DNA of 64,000 nucleotides, taken from the NCBI GenBank assembly GCA_048940445.1, contig JBHLON010000001.1, positions 83,386-147,385 on the forward strand. Direction: 5' to 3'. The notes under the pieces were generated by a model that saw only the letters and a list, made by a program, of their open reading frames with translations, was not told the origin of the DNA and made no database searches. This stretch comes from Promethearchaeota archaeon. GTDB taxonomy: Archaea; Asgardarchaeota; Lokiarchaeia; Sigyniarchaeales; SOKP01. The position numbers were made by a program, and so were the translations under genes. Shown here in pieces: positions 9,416 through 18,172 of the stretch. Each line of letters opens with the position of its first letter. Within the stretch, counting starts at the first letter, position 1.

Positions 9416-10726
9416 TTATTTTGTTTTTTCATTGTAGAAAGGATTTGTTTTTTTTATTAATTTTCCGTTAGAATCTTGATAAAAAAGTGTATTTGATAAC
9501 AAATTTTCATTTACAAGAGTATGAGCTCCTATAATAGTATCTTCTCCAATAATTTTTCCACACATTATACTTGAATTAATTCCAGTTTGAGAATTAGGAC
9601 CAATAATAGCCCCCAATTTTCTTCTACCTGAATCTATTAATTGATTATTAATTTTCATCTTGATATTTTTGTTGTCAAATCTTAAATTCGATATCTTTGT
9701 CCCAGCACCAAGATTTACCTTTTCACAAATTATTGAATCACCCACATAATTGAAATGAGGAATAGATGTATTCGAAAAGATTATTGAGTTTTTAATTTCT
9801 GACATACCAATATGACAAGAATCTCCAATCGATGAATACGGCCTTATAAATGCGTTTGGTCCTATTAAGCAATTAGTTCCAATAAAGCATGGTCCTTGTA
9901 TATATGTCCCTGAGCGTACCTTAGTTCCTTCTCCAATAAATACATTCTCTGAAATAAAGACATTTTTTTCTGCGTTACCTAAATTTTTTGCCTCTTGTGT
10001 GTCTAATACATGCTTATTAGCTTCTAAAAGCTGCCATGGTAATCCAATATCGTTCCAAAATAAATTTTGAAGATTATATCCATAAATTGTGCCTTTCATC
10101 TCATTGAGAAGAATTTTCATAGAATCAGTAAATTCATATTCTCCTCTAACTGATTTTTTCGTTTTTTCAATCGCTTCAAATATATTAGATTTAAATAAAT
10201 ATATTCCAGCATTCGCTAAATTACCGGCATGTAACTCTTGAGAAGGTTTTTCGATAATGCTTTTTACAAATCCTTTTGAATCAAGTGTAATTACTCCATA
10301 ATTTTGGGGGTCTCCCACTTCAACTAAGGAAATTATTCCATCACATTGAATTGATTTAAAATTTTGAATCAATTGACTAAAAAGATTTGAATCTACTAAG
10401 ATATCTCCATACATAAAAAGGAAGTCATCATTCTTCACAAATTCTCTGGCATAACTAGCAGCATGAGCAGTACCTAGATATACTTCTTGGGTCACATAAT
10501 TTATATCGATATTAAATTTATCCCTACTTTTTCCAAAATAATCTTTAATCATTTCTTCTTTATATCCTACAATTAGCAGGAGTTGGTCTATTCCTGAATC
10601 TATTAAACCCAAAATACTATGTTCTAATATAGGTTTTCCAGCTATAGGTATAAGAGGTTTTGGTCTTGTGGCAGTTATTGGTCTAAGTCTCTTTCCCTTT
10701 CCAGCTGCCAAAATAACAGCTTTCAT
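9416..10726 (-). CDS. Bifunctional sugar-1-phosphate nucleotidyltransferase / acetyltransferase (archaeal GlmU-like)
   Basis: The N-terminus 'MKAVILAAGKGKRLRPITATRPKPLIPIAGKPILEH' is an NTP-transferase signature. The C-terminal half consists of hexapeptide (left-handed beta-helix) repeats. Confidence 0.8.
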   Translation of the reverse strand: MKAVILAAGKGKRLRPITATRPKPLIPIAGKPILEHSILGLIDSGIDQLLLIVGYKEEMIKDYFGKSRDKFNIDINYVTQEVYLGTAHAASYAREFVKNDDFLFMYGDILVDSNLFSQLIQNFKSIQCDGIISLVEVGDPQNYGVITLDSKGFVKSIIEKPSQELHAGNLANAGIYLFKSNIFEAIEKTKKSVRGEYEFTDSMKILLNEMKGTIYGYNLQNLFWNDIGLPWQLLEANKHVLDTQEAKNLGNAEKNVFISENVFIGEGTKVRSGTYIQGPCFIGTNCLIGPNAFIRPYSSIGDSCHIGMSEIKNSIIFSNTSIPHFNYVGDSIICEKVNLGAGTKISNLRFDNKNIKMKINNQLIDSGRRKLGAIIGPNSQTGINSSIMCGKIIGEDTIIGAHTLVNENLLSNTLFYQDSNGKLIKKTNPFYNEKTK

Positions 10727-10757
10727 ACATATTATAAAAAGAGCATATTATTAGAAA

Positions 10758-11645
10758 TTAATGATCAAATTCATGAATAATTTCAGTTAAATAATTAATT
10801 AAGGAACGATAAGGTTTAAGATCTCCAGAAAATTCTTGTCTTAAAGCTTCTTCTTCAGAAATTTTATCCTTTAATTGAAGAAAAATATCTTTAATTCTAT
10901 TGAAATCTCCTGAAGCTACAAAATCAAGGGAATAACCATTAATATCTTCAAATAAAATTAACTTTTTATTTCCATTCTCCGCTAAATCATAAAATTGAAT
11001 TTCTTTAATATTCATATTTGCTCTAATTTGAGTATTCATTGCTATGGTAGCCAATCGAGCTGATAAATTTGAACTAAATAAATCAATATTTTCGTGAGTC
11101 ACTTCACGACGAAGATCATTTAAAAGAGTAGTATCATATAACTGAGAGATAATGGGCAATCCTTGAGCAGAGATACCGCAATAAATTATTTTATTTTCAA
11201 TTTGAGCATAAGAATTATCTAGCTTTTCATCTTCAAGAGGAAAACGGTACTTCTCCCATAAGTATGCTGTAATTAATTTTATAATCTTTGAAAACTCTGA
11301 TTTTTTTGAATACTCATTATATTTATTTGGATTATTGTAATTTGCGATTACCTTTTCATAAAACTCATTTAACATGTTGTCTGCAGCCTCAGAATTAGAT
11401 AAAAAATCACCAGTTATACAGTAAAACAGATTTTGGAAAGCATCATTGATTTCATGTTTAATAATCATACGTTCCCTTCCTTCCTTCCCCTCAAAAAAGA
11501 TATTTTTTAGACGCCAGACATTTTTGGGATTGATACTTCGAATTAATTTCTCTACAAAAAGTACAATTTCAAAAACTGGATATTTATATTCATTCGAAAT
11601 GTAGAGAATTTCATCATCTAAAATAATAGCAAATCCAGTAATCAT
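10758..11645 (-). CDS. Two-domain longin-like + roadblock/LC7-like protein
   Basis: 295 aa. The N-terminus 'MITGFAIILDDEILYISNE...LFYCITGDFLSNSEAADNMLNEFYEKV' follows the longin-domain pattern. The C-terminal half 'IIYCGISAQGLPIISQ...LILFEDINGYSLDFVASGDF' looks roadblock/MglB-like. This is a by-eye call. Confidence 0.5.
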   Translation of the reverse strand: MITGFAIILDDEILYISNEYKYPVFEIVLFVEKLIRSINPKNVWRLKNIFFEGKEGRERMIIKHEINDAFQNLFYCITGDFLSNSEAADNMLNEFYEKVIANYNNPNKYNEYSKKSEFSKIIKLITAYLWEKYRFPLEDEKLDNSYAQIENKIIYCGISAQGLPIISQLYDTTLLNDLRREVTHENIDLFSSNLSARLATIAMNTQIRANMNIKEIQFYDLAENGNKKLILFEDINGYSLDFVASGDFNRIKDIFLQLKDKISEEEALRQEFSGDLKPYRSLINYLTEIIHEFDH

Positions 11646-11903
11646 AAGAAAAATCTTAAAGTTTTAATTCTGCAATAATAATCGTATATCTACAGAAATT
11701 TAAAATTATTTAAATTTTTAATTTATTATGATATTGGGGTAACAAACGAACTAAAGATTATGTTTTATATATCTAATAGTGAAATTTTAAGGGGTTCTTC
11801 GAGGACTCTTATAACAATTAACTTTTAATAATTCATAATATAAATATAAAATAATTCATCTATTAGAGATGGTTTTAGTAGAGCTATTCTGTAGAATATA
11901 TCA

Positions 11904-12704
11904 ATGAAATTAACGAATTTAGAGGAAAAAAAGAAAATTCAAAAAGCGGCAGCGTTATTAATTGAATCAAAAGAAGCTATTGCCTTAACAGGCGCAGGGA
12001 TTTCTACAGAGTCAGGAATCCCAGATTTTAGAGGAGATGGCGGGATATGGGAAAAGTACAAGCCCGAGATTTATGGCAATATTCAAGCATTTTTAAAAAA
12101 TCCAGCAAAATTTTGGGAATTAGCTCAGAAGGTTGCTCCAAACTTACTAAAAGCAGAACCTAATCCGGGTCATTATGCTTTAGCAGAACTTGAAAAGATG
12201 GATATTATAAAGGCTGTGATTACTCAAAATATTGATGAACTTCACCAAAAATCAGGTTCTGTAATAGTATATGAAGTACATGGAAATATAAATCGATTTA
12301 ATTGCTTAGGTTGTAAATCATCTTACACTAAAGATCAAATAATGAGAAAGCTTAAGAAAGAAAAAAAAGGAGCGCCTTTATGTGATTATTGTGGAGCACC
12401 TTTAAAGCCTTCTGTCGTATTATTTGGGGAATCTTTACCGAATTTCGAAATATATCAATCACGAGCATTATCTAAAAAGGCAGATGTTATGTTAGTTGCA
12501 GGATCATCATTAGAAGTGGCTCCTGCGTGTGACTTACCTTTATACACATTAAGAGACGGAGGTAAATTAATTATTGTAAATGATCAACCTACACCTTTAG
12601 ATAAAAGAGCTGAAATTGTAATTCGAAATAAAACTGGAATCATTCTACCTTTAATTGTTGAGGAAGTAAAGAAAATAAAGCAAGAGAGAAAATTAAATAA
12701 TTGA
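11904..12704 (+). CDS. cobB: NAD-dependent protein deacylase (Sir2 family)
   Basis: 'GAGISTESGIPDFRG', 'TQNIDELH', and a zinc module 'CLGC...CDYCG'. Confidence 0.9.
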   Translation: MKLTNLEEKKKIQKAAALLIESKEAIALTGAGISTESGIPDFRGDGGIWEKYKPEIYGNIQAFLKNPAKFWELAQKVAPNLLKAEPNPGHYALAELEKMDIIKAVITQNIDELHQKSGSVIVYEVHGNINRFNCLGCKSSYTKDQIMRKLKKEKKGAPLCDYCGAPLKPSVVLFGESLPNFEIYQSRALSKKADVMLVAGSSLEVAPACDLPLYTLRDGGKLIIVNDQPTPLDKRAEIVIRNKTGIILPLIVEEVKKIKQERKLNN

Positions 12705-12736
12705 TTTTTAGTATTTATCTATAATTTTGGATTTAT

Positions 12737-14299
12737 TTGATGAATGAACGAAACATAATTAAGAAAGATTGGAGAAATATAGATGTATCTTTTGGTTTAA
12801 TATTTCCAAACCAATATGAATTAGGGTTATCCTCATACACAATTAGACTCCTTTATTATTTTATTAATTCTCATGAAAATTATGTTTGTGAAAGAATTTT
12901 TCTTCCAAAAAAAGTAAAATATCCTGCTTCTTTAGATTACTCTATTAAAGATATAAGAAGCATGGAGAGTAGTAGATCTCTAATCGATTTTGATATTCTA
13001 GGATTTTCTATTCATGATGAACATGATTTTAAGAATGTATTATGGATATTAGAAAAGGCAGGCATTCCAATCTATTCAAATGAACGAAAAAGAAGCTATC
13101 CTTTATTGATTGGTGGTGGCCATGTAGTAACTTCAAATCCCCTACTGTTAAATAAAATGTTTGATCTTTTTTTTATTGGAGATTGCGAACCAAATCTCAA
13201 TAATTTTTTAACCAAATTCCTTGAGTTTAAAGCTAAAAGGACTGATTTTAACACATTTCTAAAGGGATTATCATCTATAAGGGGAATTTATATCGCTAGC
13301 TTAAAGAATAATGCACATAGAGAGATTTTAGAGAATCTAGATAAATCACCTATTCCAATACTTCAATTGATTACTAAAAAGAAAGAGGAAAAGAAAGTAT
13401 TCGAAGAAAACTTTTTTCTTGAAATAAATAGAGGTTGTCCTTTTCAATGCAAATTCTGTATATCATCATATCACAATTCTCCATTTCGTAATAGAAGTTA
13501 TGAAAATATCTTAAAAACCATAGACGATGCAATTGAAAATTCTTATTTTGAAAAAATTTCTTTAATTGGCTCTTGTGTATCGTCTCATCCGAAATTTTTT
13601 GAAATTTGTGAATATATTGTGAATCATGGAAAGAAGTTAAGTATTCCATCAATTAGGATTGATCATATAACACCAAAATTAATTGAGATACTTGAAAAAG
13701 TCAACACAAAATCAATTACTATCGCACCAGAAACAGCTACTGAATCTTTGAGATTTTCATTAGATAAAAAAATTTCAAATACGAAAATATTAGAAATCCT
13801 TACCCTAATTAAGGATTCAAAAATCAGAAATATAAAATTTTATTTTTTAATTGGTTTGCCTGAAGAAACTGATGAAGATATTAACCAAATCATCGATTTA
13901 TTAAAAGATGTTTCTAACTTTGGATTTGAATTTAATTCACTTAAAGTTAATATTAATCCTTTTGTACCTAAATTTAATACTCCCTTTGAGAACAAAATAG
14001 ATTTCTATTTATCGCAAAATTTAAAGTTATTAATTAATAGGTTTCAAAAGATTGAACGCGGATTAAAAAAAATACCTGCAATCAAATTAAAATTTCAAAA
14101 TCCAAAAGAAATCGTAAAGAATGCTAGAATCCAAACTATCTTTTCTCTTGGAGATGAGGATATGTCTCAACTATTAATCAAATATTACTCTTATGGAGCC
14201 ACGCCTGGAGCATTTAGAAGATCTGAAAAAGAGCTTAAAATTACTCTAGACGATTATTTACTAAAAATAAAAGCCGGATATAAACCTTGGAATATTTAA
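12737..14299 (+). CDS. Radical SAM protein with an N-terminal B12-binding-like domain
   Basis: 520 aa. It has a CxxxCxxC cluster 'CPFQCKFC' and an N-terminal Rossmann-like segment 'LLIGGGHVVTSNP'. Confidence 0.75.
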   Translation: MMNERNIIKKDWRNIDVSFGLIFPNQYELGLSSYTIRLLYYFINSHENYVCERIFLPKKVKYPASLDYSIKDIRSMESSRSLIDFDILGFSIHDEHDFKNVLWILEKAGIPIYSNERKRSYPLLIGGGHVVTSNPLLLNKMFDLFFIGDCEPNLNNFLTKFLEFKAKRTDFNTFLKGLSSIRGIYIASLKNNAHREILENLDKSPIPILQLITKKKEEKKVFEENFFLEINRGCPFQCKFCISSYHNSPFRNRSYENILKTIDDAIENSYFEKISLIGSCVSSHPKFFEICEYIVNHGKKLSIPSIRIDHITPKLIEILEKVNTKSITIAPETATESLRFSLDKKISNTKILEILTLIKDSKIRNIKFYFLIGLPEETDEDINQIIDLLKDVSNFGFEFNSLKVNINPFVPKFNTPFENKIDFYLSQNLKLLINRFQKIERGLKKIPAIKLKFQNPKEIVKNARIQTIFSLGDEDMSQLLIKYYSYGATPGAFRRSEKELKITLDDYLLKIKAGYKPWNI

Positions 14300-14314
14300 A
14301 AAAAATAAAAAAAA

Positions 14315-14815
14315 TTATACTTTTTGAAAGGCTTTTTTTGTAGCTCCGCAAACAGGACATTTGTCGGGTGGTGCTCCTTCGTGAGTATAACCACATACTG
14401 AACAAATATACATCTCTTTAACCTTCAAATCTTTTCCTTCTTCAACTAATTTTAATGCTTTTTCGTATAATTTATGATGAATTTTTTCTACTTCATTAGC
14501 ATAATTAAATGACCTCTCCGCATCTTTAATTTTTTCTGCTTTGGCATAGTCGATAAATTGTGGATACATCTGAGTAAACTCATAAAATTCGCCGCTGATG
14601 GCTTCTTTTAAGTTTTCTTTTGTAGATTTAATACCACCAAGTGCTTTAAGGTGATTATGAGCGTGAACAGTTTCAGCAGCTGCAGCAGCCCTAAATAGAA
14701 GTGCCACGCCAGGAAATCCATCTAACTCTGCTTTCTTTGCAAAAGCTAAGTATTTTCTATTTGCTTGCGACTCACCAGCAAAAGCCTCTTTCAATCCATC
14801 TTGTGATTTTGTCAT
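14315..14815 (-). CDS. rbr: Rubrerythrin
   Basis: A ferritin-like diiron domain ('GESQANRKYLAFA', 'ETVHAHNH') plus a C-terminal rubredoxin 'CSVCGY...CPVCGA'. Confidence 0.95.
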   Translation of the reverse strand: MTKSQDGLKEAFAGESQANRKYLAFAKKAELDGFPGVALLFRAAAAAETVHAHNHLKALGGIKSTKENLKEAISGEFYEFTQMYPQFIDYAKAEKIKDAERSFNYANEVEKIHHKLYEKALKLVEEGKDLKVKEMYICSVCGYTHEGAPPDKCPVCGATKKAFQKV

Positions 14816-14941
14816 ATTAGATCTTCTAATATTAGTTAATTAATTTTAAGTTTAGTACTAATATAATTTTAATTTCATTTTTATAATTCATAAATTAATT
14901 AATAACTATTTAAAATTGTAAAAGAAATGAATATTAAAAAA

Positions 14942-15748
14942 TTAATTTAATAGTGCTCTAATTTTACTAACAATCTTATGTAAATAAAATTCAGCTATCC
15001 CAAATTTAGTTTTAGAATCAAATATCAAAATAATTAGATAATTTTCATTAAAGTATTCTGAAAAGATAAGCTCGTTGTCTTTGGAAGTATAAAACATTTT
15101 TAAAATAGAATTATTATAGATTTTAATCCTGAAATCTATTTCTTTCAATGCCTTTTTTAATGATCTTTTGTCTTTCGTAGTAGAATAAAGTATTTTTCCT
15201 CCATTAGTCAAAAAGATAATTTCACTAATTTCATCACTCAATTGAATAGTTTTTATATATTTGATCACTTTATCTTCTTTTTCTAAATTGTATTCCTTGC
15301 TTGAAATTTCTTTAATAACGTGTTTTATATCATCATCTAATTGGTTATCGTAAATGTATTCTAGCTCTGTTCTAATCTGATTTTTTTTAACATATTTCAT
15401 GAATTTTATATTTATACGGTTTATGATTCTCTTAAGTATAATCGAATTCTCGTTAATATCACATAATAGAGCATAAAAAAGTGTAGCTTTCTCAAAAATA
15501 ACAAGCTTTATTCCTCCACCCATTTCCAAATTTTTTATCTTGTTTCCAATTAATTCTTTTGTAAAAGACATAAGAGCTGTAAAATAAGAAGATATTAATT
15601 GTTCTTGTTCTAATCTAAAAACATCTGTAAAATTAATTCCATAAATGCAAATTCCTGACCTATTAAAGATAAGTAAATTATGAATACTATAAATTTCCGA
15701 TGATCTTTTAATTTTTGAGATAAATGGAGAGTTCTCCTGTATTGTCAT
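14942..15748 (-). CDS. Tandem longin (sybindin/TRAPP Bet5-like) + roadblock-like protein
   Basis: 268 aa. 'IHNLLIFNRSGICIYGINF...LISSYFTALMSFTKEL...IKLVIFEKATLFYALLCD' resembles the TRAPPC1/Bet5 and sigma-adaptin longin-fold N-termini. A second alpha/beta module is 'IIFLTNGGKILYST...YLIILIFDSKTKFG'. Confidence 0.5.
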   Translation of the reverse strand: MTIQENSPFISKIKRSSEIYSIHNLLIFNRSGICIYGINFTDVFRLEQEQLISSYFTALMSFTKELIGNKIKNLEMGGGIKLVIFEKATLFYALLCDINENSIILKRIINRINIKFMKYVKKNQIRTELEYIYDNQLDDDIKHVIKEISSKEYNLEKEDKVIKYIKTIQLSDEISEIIFLTNGGKILYSTTKDKRSLKKALKEIDFRIKIYNNSILKMFYTSKDNELIFSEYFNENYLIILIFDSKTKFGIAEFYLHKIVSKIRALLN

Positions 15749-16197
15749 ATCATTTCTTTAGTACTAAAATATAAAAAGCACTAACTTTTAGACACACCAA
15801 TTTTTAGATAGAGCTCGAATTAATTCTAATTAAAATATTAATGGTCCGACACTCAAATAAAAAAATGTTAGAAATTATAATAATGAAACCGTTTAGGGAA
15901 TTAAACTTCCATTAATTCATTTTTTAATAGTTTCCTTTAGACTCTACCAATAGATTTTAAAAGCTTTAAAATAAACTCATCTAGAACTCAATTAAATCAG
16001 ACTAATTAGCTATTTTACTGAAAAATTTGTAAATGTTTAAAATTTAATAGTATACCACGTAAAAGATTGATTTTTTTAAAGTAAGGCTAGACTGATAATA
16101 TTAACCTTCTATGATGGTTTTTCAACTAAGTTTAAATATAAGCTAAGAGAATTATATTTTAAATACAATTTATTTTAAAAACAATTTAGAATAATAA

Positions 16198-16204
16198 AAG
16201 GAGG
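16198..16204 (+). promoter_or_regulatory. Shine-Dalgarno (AAGGAGG) for the 65-aa histone-fold-like gene
   Basis: AAGGAGG lies 8 nt upstream of ATG 16213. Similar SD-like elements precede other starts in the window. Confidence 0.55.
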
Positions 16205-16212
16205 AATAAAAA

Positions 16213-16410
16213 ATGGCTAAAAAACCTGCACAAGATACTCTTTTCGTGAAAAGCAAAGTAAAGGAATACATCAAAGGTAAGGGCTGCAATACCGCATCAG
16301 AAGTCCTCGATGGAAAAAAATTGAATGCCATCTTACTTGATTTATTAGATAAGGCTGTCGAACGCGCTAAGGCAAATAATAGAAAGACTGTTCAAGAGAG
16401 AGATCTTTAA
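16213..16410 (+). CDS. Small histone-fold-like protein (DUF1931-like; alpha1-L1-alpha2-L2, no alpha3)
   Basis: 65 aa. 'KSKVKEYIKGKGCNTASEVLDGKKLNAILLDLLDKAVERAKANNRKTVQERDL' aligns by eye with archaeal histone 'IGRIIK...ARHAGRKTIKAEDI', but it ends right after the RKT-x-x-x-D loop. It has a strong SD. Confidence 0.6.
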   Translation: MAKKPAQDTLFVKSKVKEYIKGKGCNTASEVLDGKKLNAILLDLLDKAVERAKANNRKTVQERDL

Positions 16411-16513
16411 ACGGAATTGGTTGATTAAGTAATTTATTAAATCAAATTTTTTTTACTTACTTATTAAAAAAAAGAAAGAAATTTAATTTTTAAGTTTAAA
16501 TCAATATAATATC

Positions 16514-17857
16514 TCAGTTTTCCTCCAACATCTGCATTAGAATAGCTTCCATCATGATACCAGTTTGTACACCCACGGACATTGATTCCTCGTACTGAGT
16601 GTCATCCCATTCATCTTCTGGAATTATATAGCCTAATTCATCATTACCTAAACCAATTTGAAACTTATATGATGCAGTCATCGCTTCTCGTAGGCGAAAA
16701 CCTATACTTGGTAATACTTCTCCTGGCATTGTAATTATTTGAGCGTTTCCAATAGTAATAAGATTTACTTCTGTGGTTATAATCCCCAAACCTGGAGAAT
16801 CAACATACCAAGGTTGTTCTCTAGAAAGTATACCCATTTGTAAAGCACCAAAAAATTGCATATTTTCTAATGGGACTGAGAATGTTTCTTTTTCCACGTT
16901 AAAAGCGATTTTAGGTAGAGACTTTTTCACAGATCTATGGGGTTTCAGAGCATTAATTGTGGCTTTTGCGAGAGCATAACCTATTTCTTTTGCTTTTTCA
17001 AATGTATGTTCTTCTACATCTGGTGTAATCATCCCTCCTAAAGCTCCATTGAAGAAGATTGCAACACCACCAAATTTCTTTTCAACTTTATTACGTAAGT
17101 ACCCCACATAATCTGAAGATATGGCATAATTATCTGACCAAAGAACCTCTGGATGCCCTGCAAAATTAATTAATGTAGCTATTGTATGACCTCTCTTATC
17201 CTCTACTTTCATTAGGCTTAAGTCGGGATATACGCGTCCTGGATCTCGTGAATTTTTCATCAATCCCGGAACAGAGGCTGAAGCAAATCGAATTCTAGCC
17301 TTTTCCAAATTTTTATATGATTGACCAATACAATCCATAATTTGATTTTTTATATATCCCATATAAGCTAAATTGACGCCCCAATCTGGGATTGGAGCGG
17401 ACCAAAGTCCAAGAGTGTCAGGTCCAGAATGAGTATGAGTACATGCTATAATAATATTATTTGCATTGATACCGTATTCTGCCTCAACTTCTTTTCTTAC
17501 CTCATCTACTTGATCAATAAAATAACCAATTAAATCAAGAGCTACAAGTACTATCGATTTTCCTCCATAATTTAAGATTAAACACCGAACAAAAATATCA
17601 TCATGAACTGCCACTGCAGGACGATCTCCAATATCGCCAAATCCAGCAAGGAAAACAGGGTATCCATCTGGATATATAGGAACACCCTCCTCTGTAGTCA
17701 TCGGAGTTATTGGTAATGAAAATGCTCCAGCCATTAATTTCAATGTAGGTTTTTTACATGCTGTAGCTCCCACGGGAAAAGCAAAAATTGATAATCCCAT
17801 GATTAAGACGAGTGTAAATACTTTTACTTTCGTTTTATTCATTTTAAAGCACCTCAA
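16514..17857 (-). CDS. Secreted neutral/alkaline ceramidase-family hydrolase (N-terminal domain type)
   Basis: Signal peptide 'KVFTLVLIMGLSIFAFPVGATAC'. Motifs 'AGAFSLPITP', 'VHDDIFVRCLIL' and 'ACTHTHSGPD' are typical of the neutral ceramidase family. Confidence 0.6.
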   Translation of the reverse strand: MRCFKMNKTKVKVFTLVLIMGLSIFAFPVGATACKKPTLKLMAGAFSLPITPMTTEEGVPIYPDGYPVFLAGFGDIGDRPAVAVHDDIFVRCLILNYGGKSIVLVALDLIGYFIDQVDEVRKEVEAEYGINANNIIIACTHTHSGPDTLGLWSAPIPDWGVNLAYMGYIKNQIMDCIGQSYKNLEKARIRFASASVPGLMKNSRDPGRVYPDLSLMKVEDKRGHTIATLINFAGHPEVLWSDNYAISSDYVGYLRNKVEKKFGGVAIFFNGALGGMITPDVEEHTFEKAKEIGYALAKATINALKPHRSVKKSLPKIAFNVEKETFSVPLENMQFFGALQMGILSREQPWYVDSPGLGIITTEVNLITIGNAQIITMPGEVLPSIGFRLREAMTASYKFQIGLGNDELGYIIPEDEWDDTQYEESMSVGVQTGIMMEAILMQMLEEN

Positions 17858-18172
17858 TGATTAGAAGAAAAGTATTTTTCTTAAAATCATTTTAATTGAA
17901 ACTTAATTAGTTTTTCTTAGATTTCTATACAATCTATGATAATTAAAAGATATAAAAATCTTACCTATATGTCAAAAAATTAAAAATTTTATACTGTATT
18001 CTCATTTAAATTACACTTTTTATAATTTATAGTCATTACACACACAATTTATAGAATAAAAAATTCTAAAACAAATCGCCTTATCCGTTAACCCTACCCT
18101 TTTTAAGTAGAATTTTTTATTCTACATTCTCTCCTTTTCCTTGAATCTTTTAGAAAGAAGGATTAGATTATT

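Noticed and set aside
11688-11900. 9-bp inverted match TCTACAGAA / TTCTGTAGA about 190 nt apart upstream of the Sir2 gene
   Set aside because: The arms are too far apart and too short to distinguish from chance in AT-rich intergenic DNA.
16060-16140. Possible C/D-box sRNA (CTGA at 16092-16095, ATGATGG at 16111-16117) in the long intergenic region upstream of the histone-like gene
   Set aside because: The boxes are in D-then-C order. I found no flanking RUGAUGA upstream or CUGA downstream at the expected ~12-nt guide spacing on either strand.
18107-18125. 7-bp hairpin GTAGAAT-TTTTT-ATTCTAC downstream of nikR as a terminator
   Set aside because: It is short and AT-rich, and on the transcribed (minus) strand it is not followed by an oligo-T tract. 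That is insufficient to call a terminator.
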